NCBI GenBank assembly: GCA_025059915.1
Contig: JANXDD010000001.1
Coordinates: 1 to 49,827 of the forward strand
DNA: 49,827 nt
Source: Bacteroidia bacterium
GTDB taxonomy: Bacteria > Bacteroidota > Bacteroidia > SpSt-205
Reading direction: 5' to 3'
The position numbers and the translations under genes are program-made. The notes beneath the pieces are model-generated. The model was not told where the DNA came from and did no database searches. It saw only the letters and a program-made list of their open reading frames with translations. Shown here piece after piece: positions 42,493 to 49,827 of this stretch (its first letter is position 1; every line of letters starts with the position of its first letter).

Positions 42493-42521
42493 GGGGCAGG
42501 CATCTCTCTGAGTCCTGCCCC
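42493..42521 (-). terminator. Candidate terminator hairpin downstream of prpB (8-bp stem ggggcagg/cctgcccc, 13-nt loop)
   Basis: Perfect GC-rich stem ~120 nt after the prpB stop codon on the minus strand. No U-tract follows it. A separate ggggg-tttttt run lies at 42551-42566. Confidence 0.35.
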
Positions 42522-42638
42522 ACAAATGAAGTCCCGCCCGCCAAAAGCCTCTAAAAAACCCCCGAAAGCCTAAGCGTGGACCTTGACCCTATTCGACGAG
42601 AAGTCCAGCTCTCCCTCTGAAGTAAGAGCAGATTAGCT

Positions 42639-43553
42639 TCATGGGTGAAGGTCTGCTTCTTTTCCCCTCCGAGCCAGTTCCGCATCCGCTTCTTCATATG
42701 CGTGATAGCCCAGCAGTTCATACAGGTCTGAGCGGGTTTGCATTTGAGAAAGAAGGCTTTGAGTTTCACCCCGACTGTGAAGATGAGAGTAAAACTGCTG
42801 CATGGCTTTTGCTGCGATACGAAGAGCAGAGACGGGAAAGAGAGCAATCTCATACCCCAGCTGAAAAACTTTCTCTGCCGTGAGAAGAGGAGACTTACCA
42901 AACTCAGTAAGATTAGCCAGAAGGGGAGCTGTAAGGGCAGCTCGCACCGCCTGAAATTCCTCTACTGTAGTTAGGGCTTCAGGGAAGATTACATCCGCCC
43001 CTGCCTCTATATAGAGCCGAGCGCGGCGAATAACCCCTTCTATTCCTTCAATCGCTTGAGCGTCGGTTCGGGCTACGATAACTAATGAAGGATAGAATCG
43101 GCGCACCGCATGAATCTTTTCTGCCATAGCTTCTGGGGAAATAAGTCGCTTGCCGCTGAGATGACCACACTTTTTAGGCATTTCTTGATCCTCCAGCTGG
43201 ATGGCAGCAGCTCGCGCTTCTACAAGATGCCGAGCCAGACGAATCGCATTCAAGGCTTCGCCCAAGCCCGTATCTACATCCACCAGGAGAGGCAAATCCG
43301 TCGCTCGTACAATCGCTCGGCTTCGTTCTACAATCTCATCCAGCGTAAGCAGTCCTAAGTCAGGCAGTCCCAGACTGGCTGAAAATGCCGCTCCTGATAG
43401 GTACAATGCCTCAAAGCCAGCAGCCTTAGCCAAAAGAGCAGCCAGCGGATCATGCGCTCCCGGAAGGATAAGCCGCCCCCGCCGAATACGCTCTCTAAAT
43501 GCTTCAGCCAGCCTTTCCTGAGAAGAAAAGCTTTGTAGAAGCCACGCTTTCAT
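42639..43553 (-). CDS. prpB: 2-methylisocitrate lyase
   Basis: 304 aa in the isocitrate lyase/PEP mutase family, with the catalytic loop EDQEMPKKCGHLSGK. Last gene of the prpC-prpD-prpB unit. Confidence 0.9.
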   Translation of the reverse strand: MKAWLLQSFSSQERLAEAFRERIRRGRLILPGAHDPLAALLAKAAGFEALYLSGAAFSASLGLPDLGLLTLDEIVERSRAIVRATDLPLLVDVDTGLGEALNAIRLARHLVEARAAAIQLEDQEMPKKCGHLSGKRLISPEAMAEKIHAVRRFYPSLVIVARTDAQAIEGIEGVIRRARLYIEAGADVIFPEALTTVEEFQAVRAALTAPLLANLTEFGKSPLLTAEKVFQLGYEIALFPVSALRIAAKAMQQFYSHLHSRGETQSLLSQMQTRSDLYELLGYHAYEEADAELARRGKEADLHP

Positions 43554-44980
43554 CAGCTGGGGTGGGATAAAAGCTCCATTAGCTCATCTATATCCATGTC
43601 CAAAAAGTCTGGACTCTCTGCTATCAGGGTATATATCTGTCTGGCTTTTTTCCCAGGAAAAGCTCGCTCTACTGCCTGAGCAAATTTTTCCCGCAGAAGA
43701 GGTACAGCTTCTGCTCGGCGCCGTCGATGCCCAATAGGATACTCCACAAGAACTCGCTCTGTGGATTCCCCATTTTTGAAGAAAACCTGCACCGCATTAG
43801 CGATGGAACGCTTGTCAGGGTCCAAATAATCTCGGCTGAAGTCTGGATTTTCTCTCACCTCCATGCGCTGAATAAGGGCGTGGATGCGAGGGTCTGAAGC
43901 TATGGGCTCTTCATAGTGCTCGTATGCCAGCGTCCCATAAATCAACGCTACCGCTGTCATGTATTGAAGTGAGTGATCCCTATCCGCTGGGTTACGGAAA
44001 GGACCCGGTTTGTCTATGATGCGTACAGCAGACTCCTGCGTTTCAATCACTATCTTTTCTATTTCTTCTAACCTGCCTTTTACTTGGGGGTGAAGCTGCA
44101 GAGCTGCCTCCACTGCAGTTTGCCCGTGAAACTCTGCAGGGTAAGAAACTTTGTAGAGAATATTCTCCATCACATAGCTACCCAAGGGACGGGCTAAGCG
44201 AACGGGCTCTCCACCGAGTATGACAGCCTCAAAGCCCCACTTCGGGGCAGTAAGAGCTGTAGGATAGCCTACTTCTCCTTTGAGGGCGAAAAATGCTAAG
44301 CGAACCCCCCGACTTGCAGCATCCGCTGCTGCCCAGGACTTACGAGGTCCTGTGTTTGGAAAGTGGCGATAGGTACGCAAAGCAGCCCCGTCAATAAAAG
44401 CGTGGGAAAGAGCACTCAAAATCACCTCCTCATCTCCCCCTAAAAGATGGGCAGCCACCGCCGCCGAGGCTACCTTCACATAATGCACATGGTCAAATCC
44501 CCGACGATTCAAGCTAACCTCCAGCGCCAGAACCCCCTGAATCTCATAGGCCTTTATAGCTGCTGTAAGAGCATCTCGTACTTTGAGAAGTTTTTTACCT
44601 TTAGAGCGGTTTTTCTGACTTACATAGTCTCCTACGGCTAAAATAGCTCCGAAGTTATCAGAAGGGTGGGCCCATTCCTTCGCCAGCCATGTGTCATTGT
44701 AGTCCAGCCAGCGGATGAGGGCGGTGATAGAAAAAGCCCCTTGAACTGGGTCTACTACATGGGAAGTGCCCGGCACACGTACGCCATAGGGGACTATCGT
44801 GCCTGGGACGATAGGCCCTATGAGCTTAGTGCATTCAGGTTTCTCTAACGCCATGAAAGCACACGCCAGAGAGTCCATTAGAGAAAGGCGAGCTACCTCA
44901 TAGCTCTCCGCGCTTAGATGGACTTCTTGATGGACATATTCTGCTATGTCCTGCAAAACCTTATCGTAGGTGCTGCTCAT
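43553..44980 (-). CDS. prpD: 2-methylcitrate dehydratase
   Basis: 475 aa, MmgE/PrpD family by length and overall pattern. Overlaps prpC by 4 nt and prpB by 1 nt. Confidence 0.85.
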   Translation of the reverse strand: MSSTYDKVLQDIAEYVHQEVHLSAESYEVARLSLMDSLACAFMALEKPECTKLIGPIVPGTIVPYGVRVPGTSHVVDPVQGAFSITALIRWLDYNDTWLAKEWAHPSDNFGAILAVGDYVSQKNRSKGKKLLKVRDALTAAIKAYEIQGVLALEVSLNRRGFDHVHYVKVASAAVAAHLLGGDEEVILSALSHAFIDGAALRTYRHFPNTGPRKSWAAADAASRGVRLAFFALKGEVGYPTALTAPKWGFEAVILGGEPVRLARPLGSYVMENILYKVSYPAEFHGQTAVEAALQLHPQVKGRLEEIEKIVIETQESAVRIIDKPGPFRNPADRDHSLQYMTAVALIYGTLAYEHYEEPIASDPRIHALIQRMEVRENPDFSRDYLDPDKRSIANAVQVFFKNGESTERVLVEYPIGHRRRRAEAVPLLREKFAQAVERAFPGKKARQIYTLIAESPDFLDMDIDELMELLSHPS

Positions 44981-46092
44981 ATCTTTTTACCTCTGGGACC
45001 TTTATACAGGACACGGGGACGATAGAGACGATTTTCAGAATGCTGCTCAATAATATGGGCCAGGAGTCCCACTGTCCGCGCCGCAAAGAATATGGGGGTG
45101 TAAAGTTCTATCGGTATGCCCAAAAGGTAATATACTGGGGCTGCATAGTAGTCAAGGTTAGGATAGAGCCCTTTCTCTGTGCGCATGATATCTTCTCCTA
45201 CTTGACACATCTCTACATACTCTTGCCCGCGGCCGGCAGCTTGGACGAGGTTTTGAAGCACTTCTTTGAGCAGCTGGGCTCGCGGGTCCATGCGGCGCAT
45301 ATAGACCCGATGACCGAAGCCCATGATTCGCTCTTTTTTTGCAAGTTTTTGACGAATAAGCGCCTCTAAGCCTTGACTATTTTTGGCTTCTAAAAGCATG
45401 TACATTACAGCTTCGTTGGCACCGCCGTGAAGGGGACCCTTGAGAGAAGCTACTGCCGCAGTAAGAGCTCCATACATGTCAGAAAGCGTAGAGGCTACTA
45501 CTCGGGCTGCAAAAGTAGAATTAGGCAGCTCATGCTCACTGTAAGCGATAAGGCTCTGCTCAAACGCACGCACCTCCGCAGCAGAGACTGGGCGGCGCAC
45601 TAAAACCCGAAGGAAATTTTCTGCCAGTGAATATTCAGGAGAAAAGCGCTCAGGAGAGCTCCCCTGGGCTATATGATGCAGATTAGCAACAATCTGGGCT
45701 ATTTGACCGATGACTCGGGGAGCTCGGTTTTTTTCAGAGGCAGGATCGGCGGAGTTTGCTTCTGGGTCAAACCCTGCTAAGGCAGAGACTGCCGTACGCA
45801 AGCGGTCCATAGCATGCATTTGAGAGGGGAGAAGCTTCAAAATCTCATATACCCGAGGGGGAACTTCTGCCTTCGTCATCTCAGTCTCTATCTCTGCTCG
45901 GCGCTGGGGCGCAGGAAGCTCCCCATCTAAGAGAAGCCCCACCACATCACTGTATCCCTTCTGCCGAATCAGAGCCAGCAGGTCATAGCCACGAATAACT
46001 ATCTCTTCCTGTTCCGTGTCTAAGAAGGACAAGGAGGTTTCTGCGGCAATAACGCCCTCTAAGCCGGGGCTGTAGGATTTAGTTTCATTCAT
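44977..46092 (-). CDS. prpC: 2-methylcitrate synthase / citrate synthase family
   Basis: ATG 46092 gives [22 protein letters not shown]. Citrate synthase signature [16 protein letters not shown]. The prp-operon context favours 2-methylcitrate synthase. Confidence 0.85.
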   Translation of the reverse strand: MNETKSYSPGLEGVIAAETSLSFLDTEQEEIVIRGYDLLALIRQKGYSDVVGLLLDGELPAPQRRAEIETEMTKAEVPPRVYEILKLLPSQMHAMDRLRTAVSALAGFDPEANSADPASEKNRAPRVIGQIAQIVANLHHIAQGSSPERFSPEYSLAENFLRVLVRRPVSAAEVRAFEQSLIAYSEHELPNSTFAARVVASTLSDMYGALTAAVASLKGPLHGGANEAVMYMLLEAKNSQGLEALIRQKLAKKERIMGFGHRVYMRRMDPRAQLLKEVLQNLVQAAGRGQEYVEMCQVGEDIMRTEKGLYPNLDYYAAPVYYLLGIPIELYTPIFFAARTVGLLAHIIEQHSENRLYRPRVLYKGPRGKKI

Positions 46093-46101
46093 AGGTCTGG
46101 G

Positions 46102-46109
46102 CAAATATA
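46102..46109 (-). promoter_or_regulatory. Candidate -7 promoter box (TATATTTG) for the prp operon
   Basis: Exact TAnnTTTG on the minus strand, 9 nt upstream of ATG 46092. Confidence 0.5.
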
Positions 46110-46351
46110 GGGCAAGCCCTGAGGTCAGAAAAAGATGGCTTTCGTCAGAGGCAGAAAAAGGAAGGAAACGCTTCAAAAGCAAAGATGGGACAGCTAACTA
46201 CCTTAGCTAAGTGGCTACGAAAGCATTTCAGGAGTGAAAGGAGTGGAAATTGAAGCTTACACTTATAAGTCCCCGCAAGGGAAAGAATTGTTTCACAACT
46301 ACGGAGTAGTTGTCTCCCCTGCTCAGTCCAACTCCTCTCCTTAGCAATCCT

Positions 46352-46966
46352 TTATGCCGCCGGTCGGTAAGTGAAGGTTACTTTTTGCCACCCCATACTC
46401 TCGCACAAACGACGCAAAAGTGCTTCTGCCTGGGTGCGCGCCGCTTCTACTGGAATTTCTCGGGACAGTCGGACTCGCAGAGACTCCTGAGCGGCAGAGA
46501 GGGCTTCTCGCACCCGCTCTGCTTCATTCCCGCTCCACCATTCCACCACCGAAAAATCCGCATCATATACCTGAGAACGGGAGGGGTCTACTTTCACCAT
46601 GCAGACTTTGGGTGGAGGCAGCTCTAAGGAAAGGGTTCGGCTCTCCCAGTCAGAGGATACTACTTTCACCGCAGAAAAATCCATGCAGATGCGCGCCTCT
46701 CCCGCCAGTATCATAAGGAGACGAGAGCTCGTAAAGGGAAGAGTATAATGCCATTCCTTCCGCATTACATCGCGGACCTGATACTGTAGCAGTTCTATTT
46801 CTCCCAAAGCTGTGATTTGCTGGACAACAAAGTTGTGCTGCTCTGCCTCTTTTGAAGGCTTAGGAGCTGCGGGCGGAGAAGCTTTACGCAGCAAATACAG
46901 CACCCCTACTCCACCTACTGCTACCCCAAGAAGTCCAGTCAGCACATAGCTCAAGAAAGCACGCAC
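46352..46966 (-). CDS. N-terminally anchored hypothetical protein (DUF4230-like)
   Basis: 204 aa with one N-terminal TM helix. The pattern ...ITALGEIELLQYQV...LMILAGEARICMDFS..KV resembles DUF4230 from memory. Lies 2 nt downstream of rplY. Confidence 0.55.
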   Translation of the reverse strand: MRAFLSYVLTGLLGVAVGGVGVLYLLRKASPPAAPKPSKEAEQHNFVVQQITALGEIELLQYQVRDVMRKEWHYTLPFTSSRLLMILAGEARICMDFSAVKVVSSDWESRTLSLELPPPKVCMVKVDPSRSQVYDADFSVVEWWSGNEAERVREALSAAQESLRVRLSREIPVEAARTQAEALLRRLCESMGWQKVTFTYRPAA

Positions 46967-46968
46967 CC

Positions 46969-47532
46969 TTAGCTCTGTTGAGTACGCAGAGCTCTGGGCA
47001 CTTCTATGCGAGCGATAGCAGTATCAGGCGAAGAAAGTACCTGCAGGCCAGGGAAAGAGATCTTTCCAGCCGTTAGCGTTTTACCCAGTTTTAGAGACGA
47101 GATGTCTATTTCCAAGACGGCGGGAAGGTCTTTCACTTTCCCCTTTACTCGCAAACGGCGCGTCAGTGGAACTAACTTTCCTCCCATTTGAACCCCCTCA
47201 GCTATCCCCACAAGCTTGACAGGTAGAGCCACCGTAATCTCATCCTCCGGGCCACATGCCATAAAATCCAAGTGCATCACATAATCATGCACCGGATGCA
47301 GCTGATATTCCCGCAGGACTGCAGTGTAAGTTTGCCCGTTGAGCCCTATTTCAAAGAGGTAGACATGCGGGGTGAATACTATCTTATGAGCCTCGCTCTG
47401 AGAGAGGAGAAAATTTTCTTGAACCCCTTTTCCGTACAGAGCACACGGCACCTTTCCGGCACGACGCAAACGGCGAGCTTCACTACTGCCCTTAGCCACT
47501 CGGGGCTCCCCACTTAGCCTATACACCTGCAT
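46969..47532 (-). CDS. rplY: 50S ribosomal protein L25 / general stress protein Ctc
   Basis: 187 aa. N-terminal L25 domain (RRLRRAGKVPCALYGKG) plus the Ctc-type C-terminal domain. Confidence 0.9.
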   Translation of the reverse strand: MQVYRLSGEPRVAKGSSEARRLRRAGKVPCALYGKGVQENFLLSQSEAHKIVFTPHVYLFEIGLNGQTYTAVLREYQLHPVHDYVMHLDFMACGPEDEITVALPVKLVGIAEGVQMGGKLVPLTRRLRVKGKVKDLPAVLEIDISSLKLGKTLTAGKISFPGLQVLSSPDTAIARIEVPRALRTQQS

Positions 47533-47534
47533 AG

Positions 47535-47608
47535 CGCACCCGGGAGGACTCGAACCCCCAACCGCCAGATCCGAAGTCTGGTGCTCTATCCAATTGAGCT
47601 ACGGGTGC
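47535..47608 (-). tRNA. tRNA-Arg (anticodon UCG)
   Basis: 74-nt cloverleaf: acceptor GCACCCG/CGGGTGC, D-stem GCTC/GAGC, anticodon stem CCAGA/TCTGG with loop CTTCGGA, T-arm GGGGG-TTCGAGT-CCTCC, discriminator G. CCA is not encoded. Confidence 0.9.
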
Positions 47609-47615
47609 AGGTCTG

Positions 47616-47623
47616 CAAAGGTA
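47616..47623 (-). promoter_or_regulatory. Candidate -7 promoter box (TACCTTTG) for tRNA-Arg / rplY
   Basis: Exact TAnnTTTG on the minus strand, 7 nt upstream of the mature tRNA 5' end. Confidence 0.6.
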
Positions 47624-47638
47624 TGAACTTTACTTCTC

Positions 47639-47992
47639 TCAAACATACCTCAGCAGGAAAATAATCAGCACAATCAGCGCTATCAGCACAATGATCACAT
47701 CCAGCGGCCATGGAAGCAGCCAGTACAGAATACTCACTATCAGCCCAATAATCAAAGCAATAATCAACAGACGCACAAGGTCATCTGTAGCTGTGCGGAG
47801 CTTCTCTTTGAGAGCTTGCCATGCATGATGAGCTCTGTCTTTTAGTCGCTGCCACCAGGATTTTCGTTTGATGGGAGCGGGAGTAGAAACAGTCGCAACC
47901 TCCTCGGTCAGAAAGTTAGTAGGTGTAGTAGCTGCACCATAGGCAGAGCTAACAATGGTCAGCCCCACCAGTATCCACAGGAAGTTTTTCAT
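47639..47992 (-). CDS. Small membrane protein (signal peptide plus two C-terminal hydrophobic helices)
   Basis: 117 aa with N-terminal MKNFLWILVGLTIVSSAYG and an Ile/Leu-rich C-terminal half. An exact TAnnTTTG box lies 6 nt upstream. Confidence 0.6.
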   Translation of the reverse strand: MKNFLWILVGLTIVSSAYGAATTPTNFLTEEVATVSTPAPIKRKSWWQRLKDRAHHAWQALKEKLRTATDDLVRLLIIALIIGLIVSILYWLLPWPLDVIIVLIALIVLIIFLLRYV

Positions 47993-47998
47993 ATCCTA

Positions 47999-48006
47999 CA
48001 AAGGTA
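47999..48006 (-). promoter_or_regulatory. Candidate -7 promoter box (TACCTTTG) for the small membrane protein gene
   Basis: Exact TAnnTTTG on the minus strand, 6 nt upstream of ATG 47992. Confidence 0.5.
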
Positions 48007-48058
48007 AAAGCCTAATCGCAGAAGCAGCTCATTTTCCCCAAAATCTATTGTGAAAAGG

Positions 48059-49827
48059 CTACTGAAAGCTCAGCTGTGTGCGCGTTTGGTTCCTTACATA
48101 ATCTGAGACTTCTATAGTGAAGCGCCGCCCTTTACGACGAGGGAGGTATAAGATGCGCTGCGGCTCGTAGTATTCTGGATAGACGACCCCTTTTTCCGAA
48201 GAGATACGAAAACTGTAAGGATTCACTCCACTGCCCAAATCCTCTATAGAAACAAGATAAAACGGACCGGCAGGCTTTAGCGGCCGAATCTGCGGAGGCG
48301 TATTGTCTTCCATCACTACATAAGCTCCCCAACTGCGCACAGGAATGCGCCATACTCGCCCCACCCTCTGCGCTCCTCGGACAGGCGACCAAACTTCTTC
48401 ATACCAAGGACGAAATAAGGGATAGCTTTTCTCTATGCGCACATTTTCTGGGATCCGCCAAATGAGTTCTGCTGGAAATCGTAAGGGAATATACGGATCC
48501 CCTATGAGCAGCCCCTCGCCGAAAATAGACTTGTCAGGTTCCACCCGTAAGTAAAGCGTGTCTTGTAATGTCTCTGAAAAAATTCTAAGCGTACAAGCTG
48601 CTGTGAGGGGCAGTTCATAGGGCACCCCTGGCGGCACACAAGCCCGCACATAGGTAGGAAAAGCCTTCCCATCTGGAGAAAAAAGAGTATCTACCAAACG
48701 CCCCCCAAGCCAAAGCGGCTTCGTCGGAGAGATAGTGTCCTTCTGAGAGGTAAAGAAAACACTCCGCACACGCAAAAGCCCTTCTTCTATATCCCATAAA
48801 CGCCGAGGATGCAGAGGATAATAGCGGATAGACGTGGAAGCGGAGTCTCCTGATAGGGTTATGCGCACCTCGGCTTGATTGCCTGCATAGTCCTCTGCTT
48901 GCAAGATGTAGGTAGTCATCACCCCCGGAGGAACTTCTATGACCCCAGAGCCGCTACTCCATGGAAAGGGTACAGAAGGATCATACAACCGCCCAACACC
49001 TATCCGATACACTTGCTGATAAGCATAATCAACATGCCATTTTAGAAATCGCCTCCAATCAAAATCCAAAGTCTCCCACTGAGCTTTATACAGAAGTGCT
49101 CCAGAGGGCCCTATGAGCGCCAGCTGACGCAGTCCAAGCCAAGCAGTTCCACCGCCCGACCTGTCAGCAGCAGTGTAGAGAAAACCCACTTTTCCACTAA
49201 CTCTGATAGTCTCAGGACAGATGTAGATGCGCTTCTGAGAAGAACGGCTCACCTGCCTGAGGGGAAAAAATGTTCGTTCAGAGCGCCCCTGAATGTGTGC
49301 ATCCCGAGAAAGAGGGGATAAACCCACCCTAAAAAATACTGGCGGTTCCGTATCTCGTAAAGCTGGAAGGTACTTTAGGGGCGATAAGGGTTCATCGCGT
49401 AGGGTTCGCACCTCAAAGTGCAAGTGAGGCCCGAATGAGTATCCGCTATTGCCCGCCCATCCCAAGGTGTCTCCAGCTCGTACGCGCCACTCCTCCGGCC
49501 CGAGGAATTTTTCTACTTCAAATCGCTTTTGCGCCTGCTGAAGAGCCTCTACTATGGCCTCTCCCTTCGGAGCGAAATGGGAAAGGTGCCCATACACGGT
49601 AATAAGCCCCTGTGGATGCCTCACATAGACCACCTTGCCAAAGCCGCCATGACTGACCCGAATCCGAAACACATAGCCCTCACCTGCGGCTAAGACGGGA
49701 ACTTCTCCGATTCGCTCTCCTGTGGGAATATCTATGCCCATGTGCATGGTGTAGGTGCGCATCTCACCGAAGCTTCCGCTGAGAGCAATTCGTCCGGGAA
49801 TAGGCCATTTGAGCTGGAGCCAGAGGA
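48059..49827 (-). CDS. M23 (LytM-type) metallopeptidase with a long uncharacterised C-terminal region; 5' end outside the window
   Basis: The reading frame stays open to the window edge (..WPIPGRIALSGSFGEMRTYTMHMGIDI). M23 motifs are HMGIDI and GNSGYSFGPHLHFEVR. About 430 further residues carry no recognised motif. Confidence 0.85.
   Translation of the reverse strand, partial: LWLQLKWPIPGRIALSGSFGEMRTYTMHMGIDIPTGERIGEVPVLAAGEGYVFRIRVSHGGFGKVVYVRHPQGLITVYGHLSHFAPKGEAIVEALQQAQKRFEVEKFLGPEEWRVRAGDTLGWAGNSGYSFGPHLHFEVRTLRDEPLSPLKYLPALRDTEPPVFFRVGLSPLSRDAHIQGRSERTFFPLRQVSRSSQKRIYICPETIRVSGKVGFLYTAADRSGGGTAWLGLRQLALIGPSGALLYKAQWETLDFDWRRFLKWHVDYAYQQVYRIGVGRLYDPSVPFPWSSGSGVIEVPPGVMTTYILQAEDYAGNQAEVRITLSGDSASTSIRYYPLHPRRLWDIEEGLLRVRSVFFTSQKDTISPTKPLWLGGRLVDTLFSPDGKAFPTYVRACVPPGVPYELPLTAACTLRIFSETLQDTLYLRVEPDKSIFGEGLLIGDPYIPLRFPAELIWRIPENVRIEKSYPLFRPWYEEVWSPVRGAQRVGRVWRIPVRSWGAYVVMEDNTPPQIRPLKPAGPFYLVSIEDLGSGVNPYSFRISSEKGVVYPEYYEPQRILYLPRRKGRRFTIEVSDYVRNQTRTQLSFQ

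Noticed and set aside
46093-46182. TTG-initiated 30-codon extension of prpC.
   Set aside because: The citrate-synthase homology begins at [13 protein letters not shown] (ATG 46092), and the TATATTTG box at 46109-46102 lies inside the extension.
1-49827. Looked for CRISPR arrays, integrase/transposase/IS ends, phage modules, toxin-antitoxin pairs, restriction-modification systems or other defence-island signatures.
   Set aside because: I found no spaced direct-repeat array, no recombinase-like ORF and no recognisable defence gene. Gene content and tight packing look like core chromosome.

Overview
This 49.8-kb chromosomal window holds about 47 protein genes and one tRNA. It is very tightly packed: many neighbours overlap by 1-25 nt and most gaps are under 50 nt. 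The content is overwhelmingly housekeeping:
- Amino-acid and cofactor metabolism: pruA, an arginase-family gene divergent from speA, queF, an RluB-type pseudouridine synthase, folD, a cystathionine-beta-synthase-like enzyme and proS.
- The 5' half of the dcw cluster: mraZ-rsmH-ftsL-ftsI-murE-mraY-murD.
- A secreted-protease and maturation neighbourhood: a glutaminyl-cyclase-like M28, an M16, an M43-3xCUB-T9SS protease, a second M28 and an M23.
- mutY, fabH and rpiB.
- The methylcitrate operon prpC-prpD-prpB.
- tRNA-Arg(UCG) followed directly by rplY.

Several lineage markers point to Bacteroidota or the wider FCB group. These are a type-A T9SS C-terminal domain, signal peptides ending in A|Q, TAnnTTTG promoter boxes, a dcw cluster without murF and a ~490-aa ProRS.

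I see no CRISPR array, integrase, transposase, phage module or recognisable defence system. I cannot honestly point to a clear-cut novel multi-gene system. The signals most worth follow-up are:
1. An exact TAnnTTTG box only 3-9 nt upstream of the start codon at nearly every transcription-unit head, implying mostly leaderless mRNAs.
2. tRNA-Arg abutting the rplY start codon.
3. A 5-unit, 10-nt-periodic GTG(G/T) array overlapping the mraZ promoter.
4. A dcw cluster that stops at murD and is translationally chained to a CHAD-like gene and a ~980-aa secreted TPR protein.
5. A ~100-aa PDZ-like insertion in MraY.
6. A tail-anchored protein built from 11-residue repeats.
7. A frameshifted FkbM methyltransferase.

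All functional calls come from motif recognition by eye, not from database searches.
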